IMG/VR virus record: IMGVR_UViG_3300021962_000021
Span: 1-64,000 of that record
DNA: 64,000 nucleotides
Reading direction: 5' to 3' (one strand)
Shown: positions 11,171 to 22,065 of the stretch, piece by piece
Layout: each line of letters begins with the position of its first letter
How positions within the stretch are numbered: the stretch's first letter is position 1
Program-made: the position numbers and the translations under genes
Notes under the pieces: model-generated
What the model saw: the letters and a program-made list of their open reading frames with translations, nothing else
Told to the model about the DNA's origin: nothing
Databases searched by the model: none

Positions 11171-13726
11171 ATGTATCAAAACATTTATTACGAAAGAACA
11201 AAAAACACAATTCACATTTGGGATGATGCCCGTGGTTACTTTACAATGCCATATCGAAAGTATGCATACAAAAAAGACCCATACGGACAGTATCGTTCTA
11301 TGAATGGTGATAAACTGACACGAATTTCAAAGTGGGAAAAGGATGAGGCAGATGACCTTTTTGAAAGTGATGTGCCGGAAACTACAAGAGTATTGGTTGA
11401 TATGTATGATAGTGATATCCCATCCACAGGTCATAGAATAATGACGTTTGACATTGAGGTGGAAATGATATCAGGTCTACCAAACACAAAAGAAGCTCAA
11501 AACGAAATCACAGCAATTGCTGCACATGATAGTGCAACAAATTTATTTGATGTTTTCGTATTAGATAAACAAAGAAAAATTAAGAAAAATGAGAACAAGT
11601 TTACCAAAGATGGTAGAGAAGTTAGTGTTCACATTTTCGATAACGAGAAAAATCTCCTATTTGCTTTCCTTAATTACTACGAAGAAGTTAATGCAACTAT
11701 TCTTACGGGATGGAATATAGACTTTTTTGATATTCCATATTTGTATAATAGAATTAAAAATGTTTGTGGTGAAGGACATGCGAAAAGATTATCCCGTATC
11801 GGACAATGTTTTTACTCACCTTACAGAGACAAGTGGACTTTCGGTGGTGTATCTATTTTAGATTATATCAATTTGTATAAACAATACAACTTTGGTTTGG
11901 AAAGTAGTTACACCCTAAACCACATAGCAACAAAAGAGTTGGGTAGAGGTAAAGTAGAATATGAAGGTAGTTTGGATGATTTATTCGAAAACGATTTAGA
12001 AAAGTTTATTGAGTATAACATTGTGGACGTTGACCTTGTTGTGGCAATGGATGCAAAACTGAAATTCATTGAGTTATGTAGGGCAATTTGTCACGCCGGT
12101 TATGTTCCGTATGAAGATTACATCTATTCATCAAAGTGGTTAGAAGGAGCGTGTTTATCTTATCTTAAAAACAAAGGATTAGTAGCAACCAATAAACCAA
12201 AAGATAGAAAGGAGAGAATGCAAGCACTACGAGATAATGATGAAGAAAAATTCATTGGTGCATATGTAAAAGAACCTATCGTTGGAAAGTATGATTGGAT
12301 TTATGACTTGGACTTAACATCTCTATACCCATCAATCATTATGACTTTGAATATCAGTCCTGAAACAAAGATTGGTAAGATACAAAATTGGGATGCAGAA
12401 AGATGGATTAAAGGTGAAGATGTAGGAACTTATACAATCGTTGGAAAAGATGATACATACGAATATACAAAAGAGGAATTGGCAGATGTAATTAAAGATA
12501 GTAATTTGGGTGTTGCAGCAAATGGAGTTTTATATAACCAAGATAAGCCGGGTTTGATTGCAGATATTCTAAACGATTGGTTTCAAAAACGTGTGGAATA
12601 TCGTAAGTTAGAAAAGAAATATGGTGAGGAAAAAAATACCGAACAATATGAGTTTTATGGTAAAAGACAACACGTTCAAAAAATTCTACTAAACTCAATG
12701 TATGGTGTATTAGGTTTGCCGGCGTTTCGTTTCTATGATGTAGATAATGCAGAAGCAGTAACTCTGACAGGACAAGTTGTAATTAAAAAGACAGCTGAAA
12801 TGGCAAACATCAAATATTGGAAAGAGCTAGGAACAAAAGAAGATTACAATGTTTATATAGATACCGACTCAATTTATATGATGGCAGAACCTTTGGTAAA
12901 GCATAGATACCCTGATTATAAAAACTTTGATGAAGAAAGAATGGCACAAGAGGTAAACACTATTGCAGAGGAAACCCAAACATTCTTAAACAAATTCTAT
13001 GATATGTTGGCAGAGAGATTTTTCTTCATACCAAAAGAGAAGCATAGATTTGAAATTAAAAAAGAATATATCAGTAAAGCAGGATTTTGGGTAGCAAAGA
13101 AAAGATACGCACAATGGATGATTTTGAAGAATGGTATTCCGTGTGATAAGTTGGATGTGAAAGGATTGGATGTAGTTCGTTCTTCGTTTCCAAAAGCATT
13201 TCAGGAGTTTATGGCAAGAACTCTAAAAGATATTTTAATGGGTAAGGATAACGCATTTATAGATGATTCATTACTTACTTTCAAAAAGAGTATGGCAGGA
13301 TTGCCTGTAAACAAAATTGCAAAGGGTGGAGCAATTAAAGAATTGAGTAAGTATGACAACGGTAGTTGGGTTAAAGGTAAAGCAATAGCAGACTTTGAGA
13401 AAGGAACACCTGCACACGTTAAAGCCGGAATAGCATACAATAGATTATTAAAATTCTTCAACTGTCCATACAAACACGAACCAATCAGAGATGGTGATAA
13501 AGTAAAGTGGGTATATCTTAAAACAAACCCATTGGGATTGGAAGGATTGGCATTTAAAGATTATAATGACCCTAAAGAGGTTATGGATTTTATCGAAACT
13601 TATATTGATAGAGATGAAATTTACAAAGCAGAATTAGAAAATAAGATTGATGACTTTTACAACGCATTGAAGTGGGAGAAAGTATCAAATGAAACAAAAA
13701 CAGCACAGAAATTTTTCGCATTTTAA
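11171..13726 (+). CDS. family B DNA polymerase with 3'-5' exonuclease
   Basis: FDIEV, GWNIDFFDIPYL, YNIVDV, DLTSLYPSII, KILLNSMYG, YIDTDS, KKRYA; no intein insertion. Confidence 0.97.
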   Translation: MYQNIYYERTKNTIHIWDDARGYFTMPYRKYAYKKDPYGQYRSMNGDKLTRISKWEKDEADDLFESDVPETTRVLVDMYDSDIPSTGHRIMTFDIEVEMISGLPNTKEAQNEITAIAAHDSATNLFDVFVLDKQRKIKKNENKFTKDGREVSVHIFDNEKNLLFAFLNYYEEVNATILTGWNIDFFDIPYLYNRIKNVCGEGHAKRLSRIGQCFYSPYRDKWTFGGVSILDYINLYKQYNFGLESSYTLNHIATKELGRGKVEYEGSLDDLFENDLEKFIEYNIVDVDLVVAMDAKLKFIELCRAICHAGYVPYEDYIYSSKWLEGACLSYLKNKGLVATNKPKDRKERMQALRDNDEEKFIGAYVKEPIVGKYDWIYDLDLTSLYPSIIMTLNISPETKIGKIQNWDAERWIKGEDVGTYTIVGKDDTYEYTKEELADVIKDSNLGVAANGVLYNQDKPGLIADILNDWFQKRVEYRKLEKKYGEEKNTEQYEFYGKRQHVQKILLNSMYGVLGLPAFRFYDVDNAEAVTLTGQVVIKKTAEMANIKYWKELGTKEDYNVYIDTDSIYMMAEPLVKHRYPDYKNFDEERMAQEVNTIAEETQTFLNKFYDMLAERFFFIPKEKHRFEIKKEYISKAGFWVAKKRYAQWMILKNGIPCDKLDVKGLDVVRSSFPKAFQEFMARTLKDILMGKDNAFIDDSLLTFKKSMAGLPVNKIAKGGAIKELSKYDNGSWVKGKAIADFEKGTPAHVKAGIAYNRLLKFFNCPYKHEPIRDGDKVKWVYLKTNPLGLEGLAFKDYNDPKEVMDFIETYIDRDEIYKAELENKIDDFYNALKWEKVSNETKTAQKFFAF

Positions 13727-13728
13727 TT

Positions 13729-14475
13729 ATGAAGGCACTTAAATTTTGGAATCCAGAAGAATTTGATATTGCATCCTACAAATGGTCAATAAAAGAAAGA
13801 GTAGACAAAGAAATATTGGGAAACGGTTCTGATGAAGGAAATTGTTATTATACATTTAACGAATTAGGATTTAGAGGAGATTCTCCAAAAAAGAAAGGTA
13901 TACGAATAATGTCCGTTGGATGTTCACATACCGAAGGTATAAATGTGCACAATCATCAAACTTGGCCACATCTTATATCAAAAAAAATTCCAAATGGTGT
14001 GGATTTAAATTTAGGAATAAGTGGTAGAAGTAATGATTATATAGCAAGAACAATATTGACATGGTCGGATACTTTAAAACCATCTTTAGTTTTGGTTATG
14101 TATACATACCCATATAGAAGAGAGTTTTACAAATCAGATGGTAGTATTGAACCATATCATCCAACTCCTTGGGGATATTTTGATGAAGATACATTTGGTA
14201 GACGTGATTGGGCAAAGATGATAGAATTACAAAATGAAGAAGAAGATTTTATAAATTGGTATAAAAACCACCAATTAATAACATATTATTTAAAATCAAA
14301 AGATATTCCTTTTATTTGGAATGGAACTTTTGTAGGAACTGATTACACCGATGAAAATAGATTTGATGGTGATTATCCTAATTTTCCAGATGAAAATTTA
14401 CATGCAACAGGCGGTGAAAATGAAATCTATGTTGCAAAATTATTTAAACATATAAAAGAAAAATTTGAATTTTAG
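13729..14475 (+). CDS. SGNH-like hypothetical protein
   Basis: FNELGFRG, VGCSHTEG, NLGISGRSND, late LHA. Confidence 0.55.
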   Translation: MKALKFWNPEEFDIASYKWSIKERVDKEILGNGSDEGNCYYTFNELGFRGDSPKKKGIRIMSVGCSHTEGINVHNHQTWPHLISKKIPNGVDLNLGISGRSNDYIARTILTWSDTLKPSLVLVMYTYPYRREFYKSDGSIEPYHPTPWGYFDEDTFGRRDWAKMIELQNEEEDFINWYKNHQLITYYLKSKDIPFIWNGTFVGTDYTDENRFDGDYPNFPDENLHATGGENEIYVAKLFKHIKEKFEF

Positions 14476-14495
14476 AAATATTTTTCGTATATTTA
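14464..14495 (+). promoter_or_regulatory. Bacteroidota sigma70-type promoter
   Basis: TTTG 14464-14467, 20 nt spacer, TATATTTA 14488-14495. Confidence 0.6.
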
Positions 14496-14524
14496 AAAAA
14501 CATAAAACTTAAAAAAACAAAATT

Positions 14525-15238
14525 ATGAACAAAGCAAATTTATTAAAATTTATTCAAAAGTATTCATTAGGTGGATTGATTGAATCAGTAGCATGGAATG
14601 CAGAAGGAACGAAATTATCAGTTAGATTTATATCAGATGATAAAACTCTTTTAGGTGAAGTAGAATTTAACGCATTTACATCAACTGGTTTTAATGTAGG
14701 TATCTATACAACATCATTATTGAAAAATATGATTGGTGTATTGGATAATGATATCGCATTAAAAGTTGATAAAGCAGGTGATAAAGCAGTTACTCTTAAG
14801 TTGAGTTCGGATGATACTGAAACATCTTATCAATTGGCCGACTTGGGTGTTATTCCTCCGGTTCCAGATTTGAAAGCATTGCCTGATTTCGGAATTACAA
14901 TTGATATGACATCTCAGATGGTAGACCGTTTCATTAAAGCAAAGGGTGCATTGAGTGATGTAGACACTTTCACAGTATTTACCGAAGGTGGTGATTTGAA
15001 GATGGCAATTGGTTATTCTTCAATCTCTACAAACAGAGTTACATTTACTGCAATTAAGGGATTCGATGGTGATGTAAAACCAATTTCTTTCTCATCAAAA
15101 TATTTGAAAGAAATTTTGACAGCAAACAAAGAAGCAACAAATGCAAAATTAAAAGTTTCAACAGATGGTTTATCAAATGTTGAATTTCAAATTGATGATT
15201 TTGTATGTAAATACTATTTAGTAGAAATTTCAAATTAA
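14525..15238 (+). CDS. DNA polymerase sliding clamp (gp45/PCNA-like)
   Basis: 237 aa two-domain beta pattern ending CKYYLV; lies between polB and clamp loader. Confidence 0.75.
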   Translation: MNKANLLKFIQKYSLGGLIESVAWNAEGTKLSVRFISDDKTLLGEVEFNAFTSTGFNVGIYTTSLLKNMIGVLDNDIALKVDKAGDKAVTLKLSSDDTETSYQLADLGVIPPVPDLKALPDFGITIDMTSQMVDRFIKAKGALSDVDTFTVFTEGGDLKMAIGYSSISTNRVTFTAIKGFDGDVKPISFSSKYLKEILTANKEATNAKLKVSTDGLSNVEFQIDDFVCKYYLVEISN

Positions 15239-15242
15239 TAAA

Positions 15243-15617
15243 ATGACAGACGAACAAACAAAAGAAATGTTAGAATCAACATTAGGTCCAGAAATAGATA
15301 AAATGGCACAAGAAGTATTACAACCACAAGGTAGTGTTATAATGCCAGAACCACAACCAATTAAGGATGCAGAGTGGTGTTTTCAATTCTTCAATAATGA
15401 ACCAATTGTTTTTGGTTGGAGTACAGAAGGTGCGGAACCATCTCCATTGATATTACAAATTCAACCAAACCAAAATGATGTTTTAACATTTAAACAAAAT
15501 GGTATGGAATTTAAAATTTTCCCAAGAGCAATTAGTGAAGAAACTAAAAAACTAAGAAAAGAACAAGAAAATGAAAGTAAAAATCAAGAAGTTACATCCG
15601 AAAGCAGTAATTCCTAA
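15243..15617 (+). CDS. hypothetical protein
   Basis: 124 aa ORF in operon. Confidence 0.6.
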   Translation: MTDEQTKEMLESTLGPEIDKMAQEVLQPQGSVIMPEPQPIKDAEWCFQFFNNEPIVFGWSTEGAEPSPLILQIQPNQNDVLTFKQNGMEFKIFPRAISEETKKLRKEQENESKNQEVTSESSNS

Positions 15618-15987
15618 TTATGCAAAAGCCGGTGATGCCGGTATGGATTTAGTTATTACATCAATTATTGGTGAAAATAAAGAAGATATATCTTATGGAT
15701 TTGGAATATCTATGGAAATACCTGAAGGATTTTTAGGATTGGTATTCCCTCGTTCATCTATTAGAAAATATGATTTAATTTTGTCAAACGCAGTGGGTGT
15801 AATTGATAGTGGATATAGAGGTGAATTACAGGCGACATTTAAAAAAACAGGTCTACACAAATATGAAGTAGGAGATAGAGGTGCACAAATTATAATTTTA
15901 CCTTATCCCGATATTGAATTTGAAGAAGTAGAAGAATTATCTAACACCGAAAGAGGCGAAGGCGGATTCGGTTCAACAGGAAAGTAA
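15571..15987 (+). CDS. dut: dUTPase
   Basis: AGMDL, PRSS, GVIDSGYRGE, RGAQII, RGEGGFGSTG. Confidence 0.96.
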   Translation: MKVKIKKLHPKAVIPNYAKAGDAGMDLVITSIIGENKEDISYGFGISMEIPEGFLGLVFPRSSIRKYDLILSNAVGVIDSGYRGELQATFKKTGLHKYEVGDRGAQIIILPYPDIEFEEVEELSNTERGEGGFGSTGK

Positions 15988-15988
15988 T

Positions 15989-16936
15989 ATGAGTTTTTTC
16001 GCAAACGATATAAGCAAAAGAGAACATAGTTTATGGGTGGAGAAATACCGCCCACAAACTCTTGCAGATTATGTAGGAAATGAGCAAGTAAAAGAAACAA
16101 TCCAACAATATTTGGATACTAATGATATTCCACATTTATTATTTTATGGTAAAGCGGGTACGGGTAAAACTACACTTGCAAAACTTATTGTAAATACGAT
16201 TAAGTGTGACCATATGATTATCAACGCATCGGATGAAAACAATGTTGATACTGTGAGAACAAAGGTAAAGAACTTTGCATCTTCGGTAGGTTTCGCAGGA
16301 TTTAAGGTAATTATATTGGATGAGTTTGATTATATGACTCCAAACGCACAGGCAATCCTAAGAAACTTAATGGAAACATTTTCTAAACATTGTAGATTCA
16401 TTTTGACTTGTAATTACATTGAGAAAATTATTGACCCTATTCAAAGTAGATGTCAATCGTTTGCAATCACTCCACCAACTAAAAAAGATGTGGCAGTGCA
16501 AGTATCAAAAATATTAGATACTGAAAAGATTAAATACGATATTAAGAATGTGGCAGATATTATTAATTCATACTATCCGGACATTCGTAGAATCTTAAAC
16601 ACCTGTCAACTACAATCAGCTAAAGGTGAATTGAAAGTAGACCATAAAGTAATGGTTGAATCAAACTTTCAAACTAAATTGATTGATTTATTAAAATCAT
16701 CAAATGATAAAAGAAATTTATTTTTATCAATTAGACAGGCAGTTGCGGATAATCATCTAAACGATTATTCAGAAATGTATTCAATGTTATATGATAAAGT
16801 AGATGAATATGCGGCAGGAAATACCGCAAATGTAATCTTAACTATTGCAGATGGATTATCAAAAGATGCATTAGTAGTAGATAAAGAAATAGTGTTTATG
16901 AGCACAATTATTCAAATTTTAAATATTATAAAATAA
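15989..16936 (+). CDS. clamp loader large subunit (RFC/gp44-like AAA+)
   Basis: WVEKYRP, GKAGTGKTT, ILDEFD, QSRC. Confidence 0.94.
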   Translation: MSFFANDISKREHSLWVEKYRPQTLADYVGNEQVKETIQQYLDTNDIPHLLFYGKAGTGKTTLAKLIVNTIKCDHMIINASDENNVDTVRTKVKNFASSVGFAGFKVIILDEFDYMTPNAQAILRNLMETFSKHCRFILTCNYIEKIIDPIQSRCQSFAITPPTKKDVAVQVSKILDTEKIKYDIKNVADIINSYYPDIRRILNTCQLQSAKGELKVDHKVMVESNFQTKLIDLLKSSNDKRNLFLSIRQAVADNHLNDYSEMYSMLYDKVDEYAAGNTANVILTIADGLSKDALVVDKEIVFMSTIIQILNIIK

Positions 16937-17178
16937 TGGAACAAGGAATGAACCAATTACCGCCGAATTTTAATTTAAATGATGCGAGAGATATGGATTG
17001 TGAATGTGGTGGAAAAATTTTCCTACCAGGTTATAGATTCAAAAAGATTAGTAGATTATTAACAGGTGCACCAAAAGATTCGGTTATGCCTATTGAATTG
17101 TATGTGTGTGCAGCTTGTGGAAAACCACTACAAGAATTGTTACCACAAGAATTACAAGAATCTAAAATCATAGAATAA
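16936..17178 (+). CDS. small Zn-ribbon protein
   Basis: CECGG and CAACG pairs. Confidence 0.6.
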   Translation: MEQGMNQLPPNFNLNDARDMDCECGGKIFLPGYRFKKISRLLTGAPKDSVMPIELYVCAACGKPLQELLPQELQESKIIE

Positions 17179-17630
17179 TGGCTGCAAAAAAGTTATTTGA
17201 CCATTTAAATGCAATAACTGCGGAGCAAGACCCTAAGTATTTTGATAAACTTTCGGAAGAAGATTTAAAATCGTGGAGTAACTTTATGATTAATAGATTT
17301 CTTTCAATGAAACCAGAATGGGTAGAATTGATTGCAACTTTACTTCCTTTGACACAAACATTACAACCAAAGGAAATGTATAAGTTATATATCAGCGTTA
17401 TACCAAAAGGTAAACAATATCTTAAATATACAAAAGGAAAATCCGAAGATAAATACGAAGAATTTTTAATTGATTTAATCAAAAAAGATTTTCAATGTTC
17501 AGAAAAAGAAGCATTGGAATATATCGAAGTTCTATACTCAACAAGAGAAGGTAGAGAAAATATAAAATATATTTGCGAAAAATACGGAACTGATAAAAAA
17601 CAAATTACAAAACTGAAGTTGAAAATATAA
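17178..17630 (+). CDS. putative clamp loader small subunit (gp62-like)
   Basis: LFDHLNAI, WSNFMINRFLSM, YLKYTK; located just downstream of the gp44-like gene. Confidence 0.5.
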   Translation: MAAKKLFDHLNAITAEQDPKYFDKLSEEDLKSWSNFMINRFLSMKPEWVELIATLLPLTQTLQPKEMYKLYISVIPKGKQYLKYTKGKSEDKYEEFLIDLIKKDFQCSEKEALEYIEVLYSTREGRENIKYICEKYGTDKKQITKLKLKI

Positions 17631-18490
17631 TGCTTAATAAAAAATATTTGGTAGCTACAGGTTGTTCATTTACAGATGGGCATTTATTACAAGAGGAGGG
17701 TTCTTGGGCTACTTATTTTTCAAAAAGAAATAATTTAGAATGTATTAATTTGGGAGTCGGTGGTGCAGGAAATCAATTTTTAAGTTCAAATTTAATACAA
17801 TACGCAACTGTGAATAGAGATATAGCAGAAAATGCTATTTTTGGAATTCAATTAAGTGAGTGTTTAAGAACTTTGGTTTGTTTGGATTTTCCAGATGTAA
17901 ATGGTTTTCCAAAATATTGGCATATAACGCCCGCACAATTTATAAGAGAAAATGGATTTAATGGGTGGGATTTATCATCATTTCATACTAAATTTATTTA
18001 TGATAACAAATTTGCATTGGCACCATTTTATATGAATGTAACCAATTCGGTTTTAATATCAATAAATGCAATTATATCTTTGGTGGATTTTTTTAATAAA
18101 AATAATTATCCATTTTTTATATTTGATGGAATTACAAAAGTTATACCTGAAAAAGTAAATGATAAGTGGCAATTAATAAATCCAAATCAAAATAACGACT
18201 GTTGGGATGTTGATGTTATAGAGGAACAATCTCCTGATTGGATTTTTTATAAAAAAGAAGCAAAACCTGTTATACATAAATCTATTATAGATTATATAAA
18301 TTCAATTCCGAATTATATTTCAAAAGATAAAACTCTTAAAATTTATTTAGAAAATTTAGGACAAGAAAAATATAAAAATCCTAATTTTTTCTTTGAAGGA
18401 AATCAAGGACATCCAAATTCAGATGGGTGTAAAGAATGGGTAGAATACATTCAACATAATATTGAAAAATTATTTGGTGTTTACGAATAA
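17630..18490 (+). CDS. SGNH-like hypothetical protein
   Basis: GCSFTDG, NLGVGGAGN, C-terminal GHPN. Confidence 0.6.
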   Translation: MLNKKYLVATGCSFTDGHLLQEEGSWATYFSKRNNLECINLGVGGAGNQFLSSNLIQYATVNRDIAENAIFGIQLSECLRTLVCLDFPDVNGFPKYWHITPAQFIRENGFNGWDLSSFHTKFIYDNKFALAPFYMNVTNSVLISINAIISLVDFFNKNNYPFFIFDGITKVIPEKVNDKWQLINPNQNNDCWDVDVIEEQSPDWIFYKKEAKPVIHKSIIDYINSIPNYISKDKTLKIYLENLGQEKYKNPNFFFEGNQGHPNSDGCKEWVEYIQHNIEKLFGVYE

Positions 18491-18511
18491 TTTTAGTATC
18501 TTAAAAGTATT

Positions 18512-19393
18512 ATGGCAAGAGTATCATTTTCACAATACAGCATGTGGAGTTCGTGTCCACAACAATATAAGTTAGCATACATAGATGGTTTATCAGAATC
18601 ATCTTCAAATATACATTCAATATTTGGAACAGCAATGCACGAAACTTTACAACACTATTTAGAAAAGTGTTTAAGGATTTCAAAATCACAAGCGGATAAG
18701 ATGATTGATTTGGGTGAGTTCTTAAAAGAAAGAATGAGAGAGACTTACTTAAAAGAAACTGGTGGTGAAATCGGTTCTAATATTTGCACTAAGGAAGAAA
18801 TGATAGAATTTTTATACGATGGACAAGTATTATTAGATTGGTTTCAAAAACCCAAAAACTTTAACAAATTCTTTTCGTTAAAACACGATGAGTTGGTAGC
18901 AATTGAACAACCCATAAACACAAAGATTTCAGAGAATGTAAACTTTATGGGTTTTATAGATTTGATTATCAGAGATACATTTAATGGTAGATATAGAATC
19001 ATTGACTTTAAAACTTCCACAAGAGGTTGGAGTAAATATCAAAAATCAGACCCAGTTAAAAATGCACAAATATTACTATACAAAAAATTCTATGCAGAAT
19101 TACTAAACATTTCCGAAGATGTAATTGATGTTGAATTTATCATATTAAAAAGAAAGGTAGAAGTAAGAGAGGATATCCCAACACATAGAATGAGCAAGCA
19201 TGTTCCTGCAAATGGTAAAGTATCGGTAAATAAAGCGTGGAAAGGATTTAAAGAGTTTGTGGATACTATTTTTGATAAAGATGGTAATTATAATCTAAAC
19301 ATAGAATATCCCAAAAAAGCAACCAAACTTTGCGAATGGTGCGAATTCTTTGAAAGAGGAATATGTGATAGAGGATTAAAAAATTTAAATTAA
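18512..19393 (+). CDS. PD-(D/E)XK nuclease (Cas4/AddB-like, 4Fe-4S staple)
   Basis: SSCPQQY, GFIDLI, IIDFKT, Q.LLY, C-terminal CEWCEF..GIC; upstream TTTG-N20-TATCTTAA promoter at 18473-18504. Confidence 0.85.
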   Translation: MARVSFSQYSMWSSCPQQYKLAYIDGLSESSSNIHSIFGTAMHETLQHYLEKCLRISKSQADKMIDLGEFLKERMRETYLKETGGEIGSNICTKEEMIEFLYDGQVLLDWFQKPKNFNKFFSLKHDELVAIEQPINTKISENVNFMGFIDLIIRDTFNGRYRIIDFKTSTRGWSKYQKSDPVKNAQILLYKKFYAELLNISEDVIDVEFIILKRKVEVREDIPTHRMSKHVPANGKVSVNKAWKGFKEFVDTIFDKDGNYNLNIEYPKKATKLCEWCEFFERGICDRGLKNLN

Positions 19394-19418
19394 AAGCAAT
19401 ATATATTTAAAATTAGTT

Positions 19419-20798
19419 ATGGCAAAAAAGAAAATTCTGTTACTTTCGGATGATTTAAGAATGGCAAGTGGTATTGCCAATGTATCCAAACAATTGGTAT
19501 TAGGAACGGTTGATAAGTATGATTGGGTTCAACTAGGAGCTGCAATCAAACATCCAGAAGCTGGAAAGGTTTTAGACTTAAATGAAGATGTTAGAAAAAG
19601 AACAGGCGTAGAAGATGCAAATGTGAAAATATATCCATCAGACGGGTATGGTAATCCAGATGCAATCAGACAGTTATTGATGGTTGAAAAACCGGATGCT
19701 ATCTTACACTTTACAGACCCGAGATATTGGATTTGGTTATATGAAATGGCACATGAGATTAGACAAACTACACCACTATTCTTTTATCACATTTGGGATG
19801 ATTTACCAGACCCAAAATACAATAGAGATTATTATGAAAGTTGTGATTGGTTGGGGTGTATTTCCAAACAAACATATGGCATCGTAAAGAGAGTCGGTAC
19901 GTGGGATAAAGAACCATATTGGAATAAATTACAAGATTGGCAAGTAAGTTATGTTCCACACGGTATAAATTCGGAAGATTATAAACCTGTAGAAGTTCCT
20001 GAAGATTTTAAGAAAAGTATTTTTGGAGATAAAGATTACGATTTTGTATTGTATTGGTCAAATCGTAATATCAGAAGAAAACAACCAATTGATGCAATGC
20101 TGGCATTTGAGGAGTTTAGACAAACATTAAGACCAGAACAACAAGATAAAGTTTGTATGTTAATGCATACTACTCCTGTTGATGAAAATGGAACTGATTT
20201 ACCTAAAGTCGCAGAACATTTAATGCCTGATGCAAATATCATTTTTGCACCAAATAGATACACAGAAACGGAATTAAACTATCTTTATAATTTAGCAGAT
20301 GTTACGATTAACTTAGCATCAAACGAAGGGTTTGGATTAGCAACTGCAGAATCGGTAATGGCTGGAACACCAATTATTGTAACGGTAACGGGTGGTTTGC
20401 AAGACCAATGTGGATTTAGAGAGAAAGGAAGTGGTAAGTTATTAACCGCAGATGATTATGTTGAAATTGGTTCTCTACATGATAAGTATAAAAAGAATAC
20501 ACACGTTTGGGGTGATTGGGTAACACCAACGTGGCCAGTTCGTTCAACAACAGGTTCAGTTCCTACTCCATATATCTTTGATGATAGAGTTGATTTTCAG
20601 GATGTAGCACCATTAATTAGAGGATGGTATGATATGGGTAGAGAAGAAAGAAAGAAAATGGGATTAAAAGGTAGAAAACATTTTATGAGTGAAGGTAAGT
20701 TGAGTAGAGAAGCAATGTGTAATGCATTGGTTGAGGGTATGGAAGGTGCATTCGCAAATTGGAAACCAATTAAAAAATACAATCTAATTAAGTTATAA
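19419..20798 (+). CDS. glycosyltransferase (GT-B / GT4-like)
   Basis: SGIANVS, RNIRRKQ, NEGFGL..AESVMAGTPII. Confidence 0.85.
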   Translation: MAKKKILLLSDDLRMASGIANVSKQLVLGTVDKYDWVQLGAAIKHPEAGKVLDLNEDVRKRTGVEDANVKIYPSDGYGNPDAIRQLLMVEKPDAILHFTDPRYWIWLYEMAHEIRQTTPLFFYHIWDDLPDPKYNRDYYESCDWLGCISKQTYGIVKRVGTWDKEPYWNKLQDWQVSYVPHGINSEDYKPVEVPEDFKKSIFGDKDYDFVLYWSNRNIRRKQPIDAMLAFEEFRQTLRPEQQDKVCMLMHTTPVDENGTDLPKVAEHLMPDANIIFAPNRYTETELNYLYNLADVTINLASNEGFGLATAESVMAGTPIIVTVTGGLQDQCGFREKGSGKLLTADDYVEIGSLHDKYKKNTHVWGDWVTPTWPVRSTTGSVPTPYIFDDRVDFQDVAPLIRGWYDMGREERKKMGLKGRKHFMSEGKLSREAMCNALVEGMEGAFANWKPIKKYNLIKL

Positions 20799-20799
20799 T

Positions 20800-22065
20800 A
20801 TGAAACCAACATTAATATTTCAAGCACCAATAGCAACAAGAAGTGGATATGGTGACCACGCGAGAGACCTTTTACACTCTCTTTATAAATTAGATAAATT
20901 TAATATCAAAGTAATAAGCACTCGTTGGGGACAAACACCAATGGATGCATTAAATTATAATAATGAATTTCACAAATGGATTGTGGATAATATCATTCCA
21001 AAAATAACAGAAAAACCTGACATTTATATGCAAGTAACTGTTCCAAATGAATTTCAACAATTGGGGCATTACAATATTGGAATCACTGCAGGTATAGAAA
21101 CAACAGCATGTGCATTAGATTGGATACAGGGATGTAATAGAATGGATTTAATTATTACACCATCTGAGCATGCAAAACTTAGTTTAGTTGGAACAGTTTA
21201 TAATGAAGCAAACCAACAGGGGCAATTAATTCGTCAACACAAAATTGAGAAACCAGTTGAAGTTTTATTTGAGGGTTTTGATGAAAATGACTTTGGAACT
21301 AATGTTGTTACAAATATTAAAGAATTAGATGAAATTAAAGAAGATTTTGTTTTTCTATTTGTAGGACATTGGTTGAAGGGTGATTTAGGAGAAGATAGAA
21401 AGAATGTTGGTATGATGATTAAAACATTTGCTATGGCATTCAAAGATGAAAAAGTAAAGCCTGCATTAGTATTAAAAACATCATCAGCAACATTTAGTGT
21501 AATAGACAGAGAAAATACTATTGCTAAAATTAGAGCTGCATTGGGAAAAGATTATGGTAAAGTTCCAGTATATCTTATACATGGTGATATGAGTGTATCG
21601 GAAATGAATGGATTGTATGAACATCCAAAAGTAAAAGCAATGTTAAACTTCACAAAAGGTGAAGGATTTGGTAGACCTTTGTTAGAATTTAGTTTAACGG
21701 GTAAACCAGTAATCGTTTCTAATTGGAGTGGCCATTTGGATTTCTTAAAAGAGGGAGCAGTATTATTAGATGGTGAATTAAAAAATGTGCATGAATCGGC
21801 AGCAGACCAATTCTTATTAAAAGAATCACAATGGTTTAATGTAAACATTTCAAAAGCATTACAAAGTATTAAAGATGTTTATAAAAACTATGATAAATAC
21901 AAAGTAGCATCTTTTCAATTAGGCAAGCAAAACAAACAAAACTTTGGTTTAGAAAAAATGACTAAATTGTTCGATAGTATTTTAAATCAGTATGGTATTT
22001 ATACTAAGATACAACCGAAGTTTCAACAACTTCAACTACCTAAATTGAAAATGTTAAATAAATAA
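20800..22065 (+). CDS. glycosyltransferase (GT-B / GT4-like)
   Basis: RSGYG, EDRKN, GEGFGRPLLEF..TGKPVI. Confidence 0.85.
   Translation: MKPTLIFQAPIATRSGYGDHARDLLHSLYKLDKFNIKVISTRWGQTPMDALNYNNEFHKWIVDNIIPKITEKPDIYMQVTVPNEFQQLGHYNIGITAGIETTACALDWIQGCNRMDLIITPSEHAKLSLVGTVYNEANQQGQLIRQHKIEKPVEVLFEGFDENDFGTNVVTNIKELDEIKEDFVFLFVGHWLKGDLGEDRKNVGMMIKTFAMAFKDEKVKPALVLKTSSATFSVIDRENTIAKIRAALGKDYGKVPVYLIHGDMSVSEMNGLYEHPKVKAMLNFTKGEGFGRPLLEFSLTGKPVIVSNWSGHLDFLKEGAVLLDGELKNVHESAADQFLLKESQWFNVNISKALQSIKDVYKNYDKYKVASFQLGKQNKQNFGLEKMTKLFDSILNQYGIYTKIQPKFQQLQLPKLKMLNK

Noticed and set aside
18512-19393. CRISPR-Cas link for the Cas4-like nuclease
   Set aside because: No repeat-spacer array or other cas genes seen; context is the replication block
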